Source of the DNA: Alloprevotella sp. | GTDB lineage: Bacteria; Bacteroidota; Bacteroidia; Bacteroidales; Bacteroidaceae | Length of the DNA stretch: 64,000 bases | Direction of reading: 5' to 3' | Assembly: GCA_041855985.1 (NCBI GenBank) | Contig: JBHAFF010000005.1 | Span: 24,960 to 88,959 of the forward strand | Shown here: positions 40,630 to 50,206 of the stretch, in pieces | How the letters are laid out: each line of letters opens with the position of its first letter | Position numbering within the stretch: position 1 is the stretch's first letter | Notes under the pieces: model-generated | Database searches by the model: none | What the model was told of the DNA's origin: nothing | Seen by the model: the letters and a program-made list of their open reading frames with translations, nothing else | Made by a program: the position numbers and the translations under genes

Positions 40630-41970
40630 TTAGGGCTTCACCACCAAGGCCACACTGTCGGCCTGCACGCGCTGCTGGAGCCATTGGCGCAGCCGGGCGC
40701 GGTCGGCAGCAGAGAGCGTTTTCTCAGGATGGAGGGTGATGAGAGAGAGGACATAGGGGGCTGTGGCCAGAGTGTCAGCACGATGTTCCTGAACGGGGGA
40801 GAGGACAATGCCCGCCACCGTAGGGAAGAGCGTGGGGAGTTCGCGCGCCACTTCGGCCGAAAGGCGGTCATAGCGGCGGAAGTATTCCACCTGCTGTTCC
40901 AAGCGTCCGATCCGGGCAATCTGAGCCTCCTGCTGTTGTCGCTGTCGGGCGTTACGGGCATCAAGGTCATTCCCCATCCGGAAAAGTATGCTGTCAGTCG
41001 AAGTGCCCTGAATAAGTCGGAGCGTATAGTTGCCTAGGTGGAAGTCGCGCAAGCGTGTCTCGGCTATACGACGTTGCTCTTCGTTCACCTCGCTGCCGAG
41101 TACGACCGCCTCGATGCAGCCTTTGCGTTCATTGATGGAATACGAGAGGATGTGGGCATTGGGGAAAGCCAAGACTTCGGTTACGTATCGGCGCACCCGA
41201 CGCTCCTCAATGCTGTCGCGCACCACATCAACCGTGATGTAGAGGGCGGGAAGCAACGTAGCGATCAGCACAAGGGTGATGTAGCGGTTCACCAGCTTGT
41301 GGCGTTCGGGCGTCAGGTCGGCGACGCGAGTAAAACGCATCAACCGGACACCGAGATAGGTAGCAAAGCCGATGAAAACGGCATTGATAAAGTAGAGGTA
41401 GAGTGCACCTAAAAAGAAGCTCAGATTGCCCGTGGCCAGCCCGAAGCCTGCGGTACAGAGAGGCGGCATGAGTGCCGTGGCAATGGCCACGCCAGGAAGG
41501 ACATTTCCTCCGCGGCTCTTCATCGAAAGAGCCACAATACCGGCAGCTCCACCAAAGAAGGCGATCCCCACATCATAGACGGTCGGTGAGGTGCGTGCCA
41601 ACAGCTCAGACTGTGCCTCGGCAATCGGGGTAAGGAGGAAATAGACGGTAGCGGTAGCGATGCTGATCAGCGTGGCGGCAGCCAGATTGCGAAAGGAGCG
41701 TTTCAACAACTCGAAGTCGCTGATACCCACCGACAGCCCGAGGCCAAGGATAGGCCCCATAAGCGGGGAGATGAGCATCGCACCAATGATCACTGCCGTG
41801 GAATTGACATTCAGTCCTAATGAGGCAATGAAGATGGCAAACACCAAAACCCAAGCATTCGCTCCGCGGAAATCCACCCCAGACAGGATATTGTCGATGA
41901 TGGCTTCTTCGCGGTCGCGCTGCGTGGAAAGGTCAAAGTAAGAGCGAAGGGCGGAGAGCGGAAAGGACAT
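40630..41970 (-). CDS. DUF389 / TIGR00341 family membrane protein
   Basis: NSTAVIIGAMLISPLMGPI, ELLART and PGVAIATALMPPL. Confidence 0.9.
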   Translation of the reverse strand: MSFPLSALRSYFDLSTQRDREEAIIDNILSGVDFRGANAWVLVFAIFIASLGLNVNSTAVIIGAMLISPLMGPILGLGLSVGISDFELLKRSFRNLAAATLISIATATVYFLLTPIAEAQSELLARTSPTVYDVGIAFFGGAAGIVALSMKSRGGNVLPGVAIATALMPPLCTAGFGLATGNLSFFLGALYLYFINAVFIGFATYLGVRLMRFTRVADLTPERHKLVNRYITLVLIATLLPALYITVDVVRDSIEERRVRRYVTEVLAFPNAHILSYSINERKGCIEAVVLGSEVNEEQRRIAETRLRDFHLGNYTLRLIQGTSTDSILFRMGNDLDARNARQRQQQEAQIARIGRLEQQVEYFRRYDRLSAEVARELPTLFPTVAGIVLSPVQEHRADTLATAPYVLSLITLHPEKTLSAADRARLRQWLQQRVQADSVALVVKP

Positions 41971-41994
41971 GGGAAGAAGTGTATCAGGAGAGTT

Positions 41995-44364
41995 TCAAGC
42001 AGTCGTTTCCGCAGCGATATCGCGCAAGGCACAGAGCAAAGCATCGTTCTCTTCGGGCGTTCCTATAGTGATGCGCAGACAGTCGGCGCAGAGAGTTACG
42101 CGGTGGCGGTTACGCACGATGATGTTATGGTCGGCCAGCGCGCGGTAGACGGCAGGAGCATCCGCCACACGGACAAGGAGGAAATTGGCATCCGAAGGAA
42201 AAACTGTCTGCACCAGAACGTTCCCTATAAGAGCGACACGCAGCCGTTCGCGCTCGCCGAGAATGGTCTGTACCTCCGCATCAATGCGCTCAGGATGTTC
42301 GAGCAACTGGAGTGCACGCCGCTGAGACAATATATTGACATTGTACGGATATTTCACCTTGTTGAAGAGCGCGATAATCGTTTCCGAGGCGAAGGCCATT
42401 CCCAACCGGATGCTGGCCGAAGCCCATGCTTTGGAAAAGGTCGAGAGCAGGATGAGCCGTGGATAGCGGTCGAGCCGTGTGCGCCATGTGGATCCGGGAG
42501 AGAAGTCAATATAGGCTTCGTCCAGCACAACAATTCCCGAGAAATCACGCAATACGGCGGACACTTCGGCCTCGGGCAAGAGATTGCCCGTAGGGTTGTT
42601 GGGCGAACAGAGGAACACAACCTTGGTCTGCGCATCCGTGGCCGCCAACACATCGGCGGCAGCAAAGGAATAGTCTGCACGGAGCGGCACCTTACGGCAC
42701 TCCACATCATTGACGCCGGCACACACTTCGTACATGCCATAGGAAGGATCCAGCACCACCACATTGTCCACTGCGGGACGACAGAACACCCGGAACACGA
42801 GGTCGATGGCTTCGTCCGATCCGTTGCCTAGGAAGATCTGACCAGGACGCACCCCTTTCAACGGAGCGAGCTTTGACTTCACCGCGCGCTGCAGCGGATC
42901 AGGATAGCGGTTCAGGCCATCCTCGCCAAAGGGACTTTCGTTGGCATCAAGGAAGACAGTGTCGTCATTACCGCCATCAAACTCATCGCGGGCGCAGGAA
43001 TAAGGAGCCAGAGCCTGGATATTAGGACGCACCAGCGGAGCGATGGCTTCTATTGCCCCATCCTCCTCGGACACAGCAAGCTCTTCCACCGACGCCATAC
43101 GCAGGCGCATAGCTCGGGCATGGGCAGCGAGCTGTTCAGCATCGGCCATTTCAGCCACACAGGATCCAATCGTACGCACACCTTGCGGCGAGAGGGTCTG
43201 CCAGGTCGTCTTACGCTGAAAAGAATCGAGCGAAAGTCCGGAGTAGGCACGGGCATAGCCCGATGTGGGGAGGGTATGGTTCGTTCCCGAAGCATAGTCA
43301 CCCGCACTCTCGCAAGACCAATGGCCGAGAAAGACGCTCCCCGCTGTTGTGATCTGTTGAGCAAGATCACGTGGCCGTTCCGTAGCGATAATGAGGTGTT
43401 CAGGGGCATAGAAATTAGTGAACGCCACCACAGCCTTCTCTTCCGGCAGGACGAGAATACGGCTATTGGCCAACGAGCGTTCCGCCACCTCGCGGCGCGG
43501 AAGTTCGACGACCTGACGCTCCACTTCAGCCACCACTGCCTGCGCCACCGCCTCGGTCATGGCCACCAGTACCACTTGTGAGTCGGAGCCGTGTTCAGCC
43601 TGACTGAGGAGATCGGCCGCCACGAAGGCGGGCACACAAGTGGCATCGGCAATGACTTCTACCTCACTCGGCCCGGCGGGCATATCGATGGCCACACCGT
43701 GGAGCGATGCCCATTGTTTGGCGGCCATCACATAGGCATTGCCCGGTCCGAAGATCTTATCGACACGAGGCACACTCTCCGTGCCCAAAGCCATCGCGGC
43801 GATGGCCTGTGCACCACCGAGGCGATACACGCGCTCTACGCCACAGAGCTGTGCAGCGGCAAGAATGGCGGGATGCACCTGCCCACTGCGGTCGGGAGGT
43901 GTGCAGAGTACAATCTCACGGCAGCCAGCCAGCACCGCAGGCACGGCCAGCATGAGCACCGTGGAGAAGAGGGGCGCACTCCCCCCCGGAATGTACAGCC
44001 CTACACGCTCAATGGGCACAGCGTGCTGCTCGCAGACAACCCCTTCTGCCGTTGGCACGATGAGGGGCGAAAAGCGTTGGGCGGCGTGGAAACGCTCGAT
44101 GTTGGTCTTTGCCAGCCGAAGGGCATCAAGCAACGAGGCGTCCAATCCGTCCGCGGCATGCGCTAAAGTTTCGGCCGGGACACGTAGGTCGTCCAGCAAC
44201 ACATGGTCGAAACGTTCTTCATAACGCCGCAGAGCGGCATCGCCCTCTTGCTCTACGGATTCGAAGATGGGGCGAACGGTGTCAAACAGATCGACCACAC
44301 TGAGGGCAGGGCGCGCTGCCAACGAGGGCCAGAGTTCACGAGGAGGGGAGAGATGGAGTTGCAT
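41995..44364 (-). CDS. hisDC: Fused histidinol dehydrogenase - histidinol-phosphate aminotransferase (HisD-HisC)
   Basis: Start MQLHLSP (44364). HisD motifs GLYIPGG, DMPAGPSE, SQAEH and GDYASGTNHTLPT continue without a stop into HisC motifs LDANE, NRYPD, GNGSDE, SPNNPTG, DEAY and TFSKAW. Confidence 0.93.
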   Translation of the reverse strand: MQLHLSPPRELWPSLAARPALSVVDLFDTVRPIFESVEQEGDAALRRYEERFDHVLLDDLRVPAETLAHAADGLDASLLDALRLAKTNIERFHAAQRFSPLIVPTAEGVVCEQHAVPIERVGLYIPGGSAPLFSTVLMLAVPAVLAGCREIVLCTPPDRSGQVHPAILAAAQLCGVERVYRLGGAQAIAAMALGTESVPRVDKIFGPGNAYVMAAKQWASLHGVAIDMPAGPSEVEVIADATCVPAFVAADLLSQAEHGSDSQVVLVAMTEAVAQAVVAEVERQVVELPRREVAERSLANSRILVLPEEKAVVAFTNFYAPEHLIIATERPRDLAQQITTAGSVFLGHWSCESAGDYASGTNHTLPTSGYARAYSGLSLDSFQRKTTWQTLSPQGVRTIGSCVAEMADAEQLAAHARAMRLRMASVEELAVSEEDGAIEAIAPLVRPNIQALAPYSCARDEFDGGNDDTVFLDANESPFGEDGLNRYPDPLQRAVKSKLAPLKGVRPGQIFLGNGSDEAIDLVFRVFCRPAVDNVVVLDPSYGMYEVCAGVNDVECRKVPLRADYSFAAADVLAATDAQTKVVFLCSPNNPTGNLLPEAEVSAVLRDFSGIVVLDEAYIDFSPGSTWRTRLDRYPRLILLSTFSKAWASASIRLGMAFASETIIALFNKVKYPYNVNILSQRRALQLLEHPERIDAEVQTILGERERLRVALIGNVLVQTVFPSDANFLLVRVADAPAVYRALADHNIIVRNRHRVTLCADCLRITIGTPEENDALLCALRDIAAETTA

Positions 44365-44431
44365 AGTCTGAGGAGGATGGCGGGAAGGGGAGAAACGGGA
44401 AGAAGGGAAGAAGGGAAGGCGTGCGCGAAGG

Positions 44432-46441
44432 TCAGTCAATAAAGTTCGACACGGTCAGATTGCGTATGGTGCCTTGGAACTGTCCCGTACGTTTGAGCGG
44501 GAAGACAAGGGTGCGCTGATAGTACATTTTAGCAGCACTATAAGGGTCGGAACTTGCTCCCGCAGCACCGGCCTTTGAAGATACGCCGCCGATGGTGAGG
44601 GGATAGAGAGTCTGTCGGTACACGCCGTTAACCAGCAGGCGCGTCTCGCGGTGATTGCCTTGGAAGGTCAGCCGTACCGTCTTGCCCTTCGGCACGATAT
44701 AGTCAAATTCGTTGAGGTAGCCCTCACGTTCAAAGGCGAGTTTCCCACCCTCGGGTGAGGCGAGATAAACCTTGGCATTGGGTGAAAGGAAGAGGACTTC
44801 GCCCGCTTTTACCTCACGGGCCTCCACATCGAACGACACGGTATAGTCATAGCCAATCTCTGTGCCAATCCAGTCAAGTTCAGTGTTGGGGAGGAGCGTG
44901 GGTTGAGGGTGTGTCTGCGTGCTGCGCCCTGTCTTGCCGAGTGTGCGCGCCAGTTCATCGACACCAGGAGCTTCGCTCAGATAGCGGCTGCGGCGTTCGA
45001 ACTCGGCATAGGGGACGGAGGTTTTCGATGCTGTCCAGCACTTAGTGGCGATGGTCTGCATGGCGGGCATCACGCGATGGTGAATGTCCTTCACCGTGAT
45101 ACCGTTGCCCACGTGGTCGTTCCACACGGCAAACATACCACCAAGCAGGGCGGGATCGGCTTCCTCAAGCTTCGTACCGCCCACTTGGGCAGGCGTCCAC
45201 TTGTCGTAGAGCCACTGACAGTTGAGATAGTCATAGTAATAACCCGCGGCCGGCACAATATAGACATAGCCATCGGGGATGCTCACCAGCCGGTAGCCCA
45301 ACTCTTTCATCTTGATAGGGTCAGCATAGCCATTGTACCAGATCTGGAGTGTAACGTCCTTCGACTTGACGGGCGTCTCACCCTGTGCGTGGGTAAGCGC
45401 ACCCCAAGCCATGGCACGCTTACCGTGGCTTTCAACGTGACGAATGAGGTGGTCGGTGAGCGAACGGAACTTCTCGACAATGGCCTTGTCCTTATTGCTG
45501 TATTCGTCCGTTCCGATATGGACGGTTCGACCTCGAAACACGGGACTCTTACCTCCGCAATATTCGGTGAACAGGCTGTCGAGAAAGGGGACAACAGCCG
45601 GATTGTTCAGATCGAGATGATCCATACCATATTCCTGCGATCCGAGGGAAGGACGATAGTGGGCAAAGGCCAACGAGTGGGCAGGGACGTCAATCTCGGG
45701 GATGATGTCCACATATTGCTGCTCAGCTTTCACCTGAAAATCAACAAACTCACGCTTCGTGTAACTTCCGTCCTTGGCCGTGAGGCCAGGAAAAAAGGTG
45801 CTTTCGAGACGGAATGCGGCCTGCGTGCGGCTCCAGTCATTGCCGAAATACTGCTTGAAGCCGTTGTCGTTAAGGTGCACTTGGAGCGTGTTCATCTTGT
45901 AATAGGCCATCACCTTCACCAGTTTATGGAGATAGTCCATCGGGATGTACTTGCGTCCACAGTCAATCATGAAACCACGCAAAGGATAGGTCGGCACATC
46001 GGTGGTTACACCGCAGGGGAGCGAATGCGAGGCGTTTTGCTCGCTAAGCTGCAAGAGGGTGCGCGTGCCCCAGAATGCTCCTTGGGGCTGCACAGCGGTG
46101 AGACGGGTCGTGGCGCCTACTTCTAGACGGTAGCCTTCTGCACCCAATGGCGCAGCAACATCTTCACGTTGGAGGGCCAGCACAAAGTCGCCTGCACGCT
46201 CACGCCCCCCCACAATGGTGAGCGTGCGACCGAACATCGTGGCATAGTCGGCGGCAAACTGCTCGGCGATGGGGCGAAGAGCTTTGCTCTGCACAACGAT
46301 ACGTCCCGAAGGGATGAAGTGCCCTTCCGCTCCCTCCCAAGAGGTGAGTTCGGGAATGACGAAGGGCTTGGGATTAACTTCTGCCCACATCGACAAACTT
46401 GATGCGGCAAGAAGAAGGGCGAGGAGGGAGGTCTTGTTCAT
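44432..46441 (-). CDS. Secreted beta-N-acetylhexosaminidase (GH20)
   Basis: Signal peptide; RGFMIDCGR, HLND, PEIDVPAH and catalytic HIGTDE. Confidence 0.92.
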   Translation of the reverse strand: MNKTSLLALLLAASSLSMWAEVNPKPFVIPELTSWEGAEGHFIPSGRIVVQSKALRPIAEQFAADYATMFGRTLTIVGGRERAGDFVLALQREDVAAPLGAEGYRLEVGATTRLTAVQPQGAFWGTRTLLQLSEQNASHSLPCGVTTDVPTYPLRGFMIDCGRKYIPMDYLHKLVKVMAYYKMNTLQVHLNDNGFKQYFGNDWSRTQAAFRLESTFFPGLTAKDGSYTKREFVDFQVKAEQQYVDIIPEIDVPAHSLAFAHYRPSLGSQEYGMDHLDLNNPAVVPFLDSLFTEYCGGKSPVFRGRTVHIGTDEYSNKDKAIVEKFRSLTDHLIRHVESHGKRAMAWGALTHAQGETPVKSKDVTLQIWYNGYADPIKMKELGYRLVSIPDGYVYIVPAAGYYYDYLNCQWLYDKWTPAQVGGTKLEEADPALLGGMFAVWNDHVGNGITVKDIHHRVMPAMQTIATKCWTASKTSVPYAEFERRSRYLSEAPGVDELARTLGKTGRSTQTHPQPTLLPNTELDWIGTEIGYDYTVSFDVEAREVKAGEVLFLSPNAKVYLASPEGGKLAFEREGYLNEFDYIVPKGKTVRLTFQGNHRETRLLVNGVYRQTLYPLTIGGVSSKAGAAGASSDPYSAAKMYYQRTLVFPLKRTGQFQGTIRNLTVSNFID

Positions 46442-46476
46442 GGAGCCAAGGAGGATGGAGGCTGTGTGTGTGGAAT

Positions 46477-47328
46477 TTAAAGTACCATATTTTCAATAGG
46501 GAGCACGAGGATGCCTTGTGCCCCTGCCGCTTTGAGCTTTGTGATCACCGCCCACAGCTGATTGTCATCGATCACAGTGTGGATGGAGCACCATGTTGCA
46601 TCGGCCAAGGGCAGGACTGTGGGACTCTTTACGCCGGGGAGTACGGCAAGGATTTCGTCTACCGCGGCCTTGGGAGCATTCATCAGCACGTACTTCTTGT
46701 CCTGTGCCAGTCTCACGGCTTCGAGGCGGAAAAGGAGTTGTTCGAGGATGGCACGTTTCTCATCCGAAAGCTGAGGGTCGGCTATCAGCACGGCTTCACT
46801 TTCCAACGCCACCTCCACCTCACGAAGGTTGTTGCTCACCAGCGTTGAACCACTCGACACAATATCGAAAATGGCATCGGCAAGCCCGATGCCTGTCGAG
46901 ATTTCCACACTGCCCGAGATGACGTGCACATCGGCTTGCACTCCGCGCTCAGCGAGGAACTTCCGCAACACGTTAGGATAGCTCGTAGCGATGCGCTTGC
47001 CATTCAACCACTCGATGCCTGAATAATCGGCCGACTTGGGTACAGCGACAGACAGGCGACAACCGCCGAAGCCGAGCCGTTGCACAATGGGCGCACGATC
47101 GCCACGTTCCAAGAGTTCGTTAAGCCCCACCACTCCGAGATCGGCCACGCCATCGGCCACCGTTTCGGGAATGTCATCGTCGCGGAGGAAGAGGACTTCG
47201 AGGGGAAAATTCTTGGCGGCGATGAGGAGCGTGCGCTTAGAGGTAGAAATCTTGATACCGGCTTCGGCCAACAAGGCCATGGTGTCGTCGTGCAAGCGAC
47301 CCTTACTTTGGATGGCAATTCTGAGCAT
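46477..47328 (-). CDS. hisG: ATP phosphoribosyltransferase (long form)
   Basis: IAIQSKGRL, RDDDIP, IATSYP and DIVSSGSTL; C-terminal regulatory domain. Confidence 0.97.
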   Translation of the reverse strand: MLRIAIQSKGRLHDDTMALLAEAGIKISTSKRTLLIAAKNFPLEVLFLRDDDIPETVADGVADLGVVGLNELLERGDRAPIVQRLGFGGCRLSVAVPKSADYSGIEWLNGKRIATSYPNVLRKFLAERGVQADVHVISGSVEISTGIGLADAIFDIVSSGSTLVSNNLREVEVALESEAVLIADPQLSDEKRAILEQLLFRLEAVRLAQDKKYVLMNAPKAAVDEILAVLPGVKSPTVLPLADATWCSIHTVIDDNQLWAVITKLKAAGAQGILVLPIENMVL

Positions 47329-47371
47329 AGATGAGAAACAAATGAGAAAGAGGGGTTAAATTGCGGAGAAA

Positions 47372-47409
47372 ACAGAAAAGTTCATCTCTGACAAGGCGGA
47401 GATGAACTT
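47372..47409 (-). terminator. His attenuator terminator
   Basis: AAGTTCATCTC-loop-GAGATGAACTTTTCTGTTTT between the leader peptide and hisG. Confidence 0.88.
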
Positions 47410-47474
47410 CTGATATGAGCTGATGAGGATCACTACAAGAAGGATATGCGTACAGACACATCACGGTTCACCGC

Positions 47475-47522
47475 CTAAGAGGCCGAGGCAAAATGGTGAT
47501 GATGGGTGTAATGAAATTGCAT
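47475..47522 (-). CDS. hisL: His operon leader peptide MQFHYTHHHHFASAS
   Basis: Manual translation: 15 codons with 5 His, 4 in tandem, upstream of a terminator and hisG. Confidence 0.9.
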   Translation of the reverse strand: MQFHYTHHHHFASAS

Positions 47523-47647
47523 AGTCCAGCAAGAATGATGGGTTTCCATCGACAAAGGAACATCTTTTTCACGAAACTGCCAAACCATTGCAAGGAAAAA
47601 TGTATTTTTGTCGGCGATTTGTCAGTTTTCTTCTTCAAAACAGTTTT

Positions 47648-48031
47648 ATGCACCCCACATCACTCTACTCTTTACTCGCCGTGGGCTGTGGCAGCTTCGT
47701 GGGCGGCTGTTTGCGCTATGGCCTCACCCTCCTGCTTCCTGCCCCGCGCGGGGCTTGGCCTGTGGCCACGCTCATGGCCAATGTCCTCGGCTGTCTGCTC
47801 CTCGGCGGCTTCACGGCGTGGCTTGCCCACCACACCGGGCGCGAACTTCTCCGCCTTTTCCTCACCGTTGGCCTTTGCGGCGGTTTCACCACCTTCTCCA
47901 CCCTGACGCGCGAGGGCGTTGCACTCTGGCAAGAAGGATTGTCCCTCTCCGCCATAATCTATGTCGGCGCCACACTCGTGCTGGGCTTCGCAGCCCTCTT
48001 CCTCGGCTTCTGGTGGGGTGGAAAGGGATGA
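47648..48031 (+). CDS. crcB: Fluoride channel FluC/CrcB
   Basis: G...G..LRY, TLMAN and GLCGGFTTFST. Confidence 0.92.
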   Translation: MHPTSLYSLLAVGCGSFVGGCLRYGLTLLLPAPRGAWPVATLMANVLGCLLLGGFTAWLAHHTGRELLRLFLTVGLCGGFTTFSTLTREGVALWQEGLSLSAIIYVGATLVLGFAALFLGFWWGGKG

Positions 48032-48260
48032 GATCTCCTTCTTCAAGACAGGACACGTACGCAAGAGCCGGTGGAGATCCCCAGCAACTCGTGTTGAAAA
48101 ACGCTCCCGGCCACAAGAGTTTAACACGAATTGCCGGGATTTTTCCATAAATGCCCACGAATGCGATGACAACACAGAGAAATTACGTACGAATTTGGCA
48201 TACACATTGCGCAAAATCACAGCATTTGTGCAGAAACCCGTGAGAAAACTGCACACACTT

Positions 48261-48294
48261 ATTGTTCTTGCGCAAAAGATGCCGTACTTTTGCC
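48261..48294 (+). promoter_or_regulatory. Promoter of the fadL-like gene
   Basis: ATTG-N20-TACTTTTGCC. Confidence 0.65.
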
Positions 48295-48322
48295 GAAGAA
48301 AGTAACAATCTAACGGAACTAT

Positions 48323-49942
48323 ATGAAAAGACTTCTGTGCTCGGCTGCCCTCTTGGCTTCCATACTTACGGCCACGGCAGGTGGCTACCTCACCAACTCG
48401 AACCAAAGTGCGGCCTTCCTCCGTAATCCCGCTCAGGATGCGGCCATCAACCTCAACGGTGTCTATTCCAACCCTGCGGGCCTGAGTTTCCTCGACCGCG
48501 GATTTCATCTGGGGATCAACTGGCAGGCTGTAACCCAGACGCGTGAGGTAAACTCCACGTTTGCACCGTTTGCCTACGGTGCTGCGAACAACGGTCGTGA
48601 CCGCAAGTACTTCGAAGGCACAGCTTCAGCCCCATTCCTGCCCTCCATCCACGCAGCTTGGGTGAAGGATCACTGGAACTTCCATTTCGGTTTCGGGGTA
48701 GTTGGCGGTGGAGGCAAGGCTGAATTTGCCCAAGGCATGGGATCGTTCGAGAGCCAAGTCGCTCTGCTCGGCATGTTGGGCAAGAACCAGAACCTCGGTT
48801 TCGACAAGTACAGCGTCGAGTCCTACATGCGCGGCAAACAGTATTACTTCGGTTTCACCCTCGGCACGGGCTATAAGATCACCGACAATCTCTCCGCCTC
48901 CTTCGGCCTCCGCGGTATCTATGCCACAGCCAACTATTACGGTTATCTGAAGAACATCCAGATCAACAGTGGCTCTAACGGAGCGATGACCAGCGCGCCG
49001 GCCTATTTTTCCGGCATGAGCCAGTCTCTGCTCGAACGCGCAGGACAGGCTGAAGCCGCTGCTGCGCAGTATGCAGCCAAAGCCGAACAGGCCGCTGCTG
49101 CGGGTCTGGCGGATGCCGCCGCGCAAGCACGCGCTGCCGCTGCACAATATGCCGCCGGTGCCGCACAAGCCAAGGCAGGTGCACAGACCATGGGCGTGCT
49201 CGGCGTAGCCACACAGGATGTGCTGCTCAACACTGACCAGAACGACTTCGGCATCGCCCCTATCATCGGCATGCACTACCACCACGATGTGTTTGACGTG
49301 GCCGTGAAGTATGAATTTTCCACGCGCCTCGAGTTCACCAACAAGGCGGCCAACAGTGCCAGTGCCGACAACCTGGCAGCTCTCGCGTCCTATAAAGATG
49401 GCGTAAAAACGCGCGGTGACATCCCCGCCATGCTCACCGTAGGCGGACAATACCGCCCCATCCAGGGGCTCCGTCTCAATCTGGGCTACCACCTTTACTT
49501 CGACAAGGATGCGAAGAGCGGATCCGATGCAACGGGATGGCGCAACGAACTCCTCAGCGGCAACACCCAGGAGTTCCTCTTCGGTGCAGAATACGACATC
49601 AACGAAAAATTTGAGATCAGTGCCGGCGCACAGCGCACCCTCTATCCCAACACGGACGCTTACATGAACGACCTGTCCTTCACCATCAATTCGACAAGTA
49701 TCGGCTTCGGTGTGGGCTATCGCCTCAACGACCGTGTGAAGTTCAACGTGGGCTATTTCCAATCCTTCTATGATGATTATCAGAAGACGACTGATAATTA
49801 CAACAACACGGCCAACATCATCATCAAGGCACAAGGAGTGGACAAGGCAGATGCCCTCGTGAAGTCGGGTGCCCTGCGCGGCACCGATGACTTCACGCGC
49901 ACCAACCACGTGCTCGGCATCGGAGCGGAGTTTAAGTTCTAA
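48323..49942 (+). CDS. FadL/OmpP1 family outer-membrane transporter
   Basis: Signal peptide, GGYLTNSNQS hatch, NPAG motif and terminal AEFKF. Confidence 0.88.
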   Translation: MKRLLCSAALLASILTATAGGYLTNSNQSAAFLRNPAQDAAINLNGVYSNPAGLSFLDRGFHLGINWQAVTQTREVNSTFAPFAYGAANNGRDRKYFEGTASAPFLPSIHAAWVKDHWNFHFGFGVVGGGGKAEFAQGMGSFESQVALLGMLGKNQNLGFDKYSVESYMRGKQYYFGFTLGTGYKITDNLSASFGLRGIYATANYYGYLKNIQINSGSNGAMTSAPAYFSGMSQSLLERAGQAEAAAAQYAAKAEQAAAAGLADAAAQARAAAAQYAAGAAQAKAGAQTMGVLGVATQDVLLNTDQNDFGIAPIIGMHYHHDVFDVAVKYEFSTRLEFTNKAANSASADNLAALASYKDGVKTRGDIPAMLTVGGQYRPIQGLRLNLGYHLYFDKDAKSGSDATGWRNELLSGNTQEFLFGAEYDINEKFEISAGAQRTLYPNTDAYMNDLSFTINSTSIGFGVGYRLNDRVKFNVGYFQSFYDDYQKTTDNYNNTANIIIKAQGVDKADALVKSGALRGTDDFTRTNHVLGIGAEFKF

Positions 49943-49992
49943 GCACACCCCTCCCACGATCTGTAATCGTTTTCCTCATTCCATATCGTTTT

Positions 49993-50029
49993 GCCCTCCT
50001 TTCGTTGTGACAACGAGGGGAGGGCTTTT
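49993..50029 (+). terminator. Terminator of the fadL-like gene
   Basis: GCCCTCCTTTCGTTG-TGA-CAACGAGGGGAGGGC followed by TTTT. Confidence 0.85.
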
Positions 50030-50096
50030 CTTGTGGTGCGCGCATGCAATATGGCCGAGGAACATCCCTCAAAACTCCTTCTGTGGTTGGTCGATT

Positions 50097-50206
50097 TTAC
50101 CTCCGCGGTGTGGTAAAAATTCCTCCGCGGTGTCGTTGCAACGACTCCGCGAAGTCATGCACACGACTCCGCCGTATCTTTTCTCCGACACCACGAAGTC
50201 TTTTCA
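50097..50206. repeat. 22-bp tandem repeat array, copy 2 (5 degenerate units)
   Basis: CCGCGG-like cores at 50103, 50125, 50147, 50169 and 50191. Confidence 0.85.

Noticed and set aside
47600-47650. Fluoride riboswitch upstream of crcB
   Set aside because: GGCGAT is present, but the following GRUGG/pseudoknot pattern is absent and the leader is too short.
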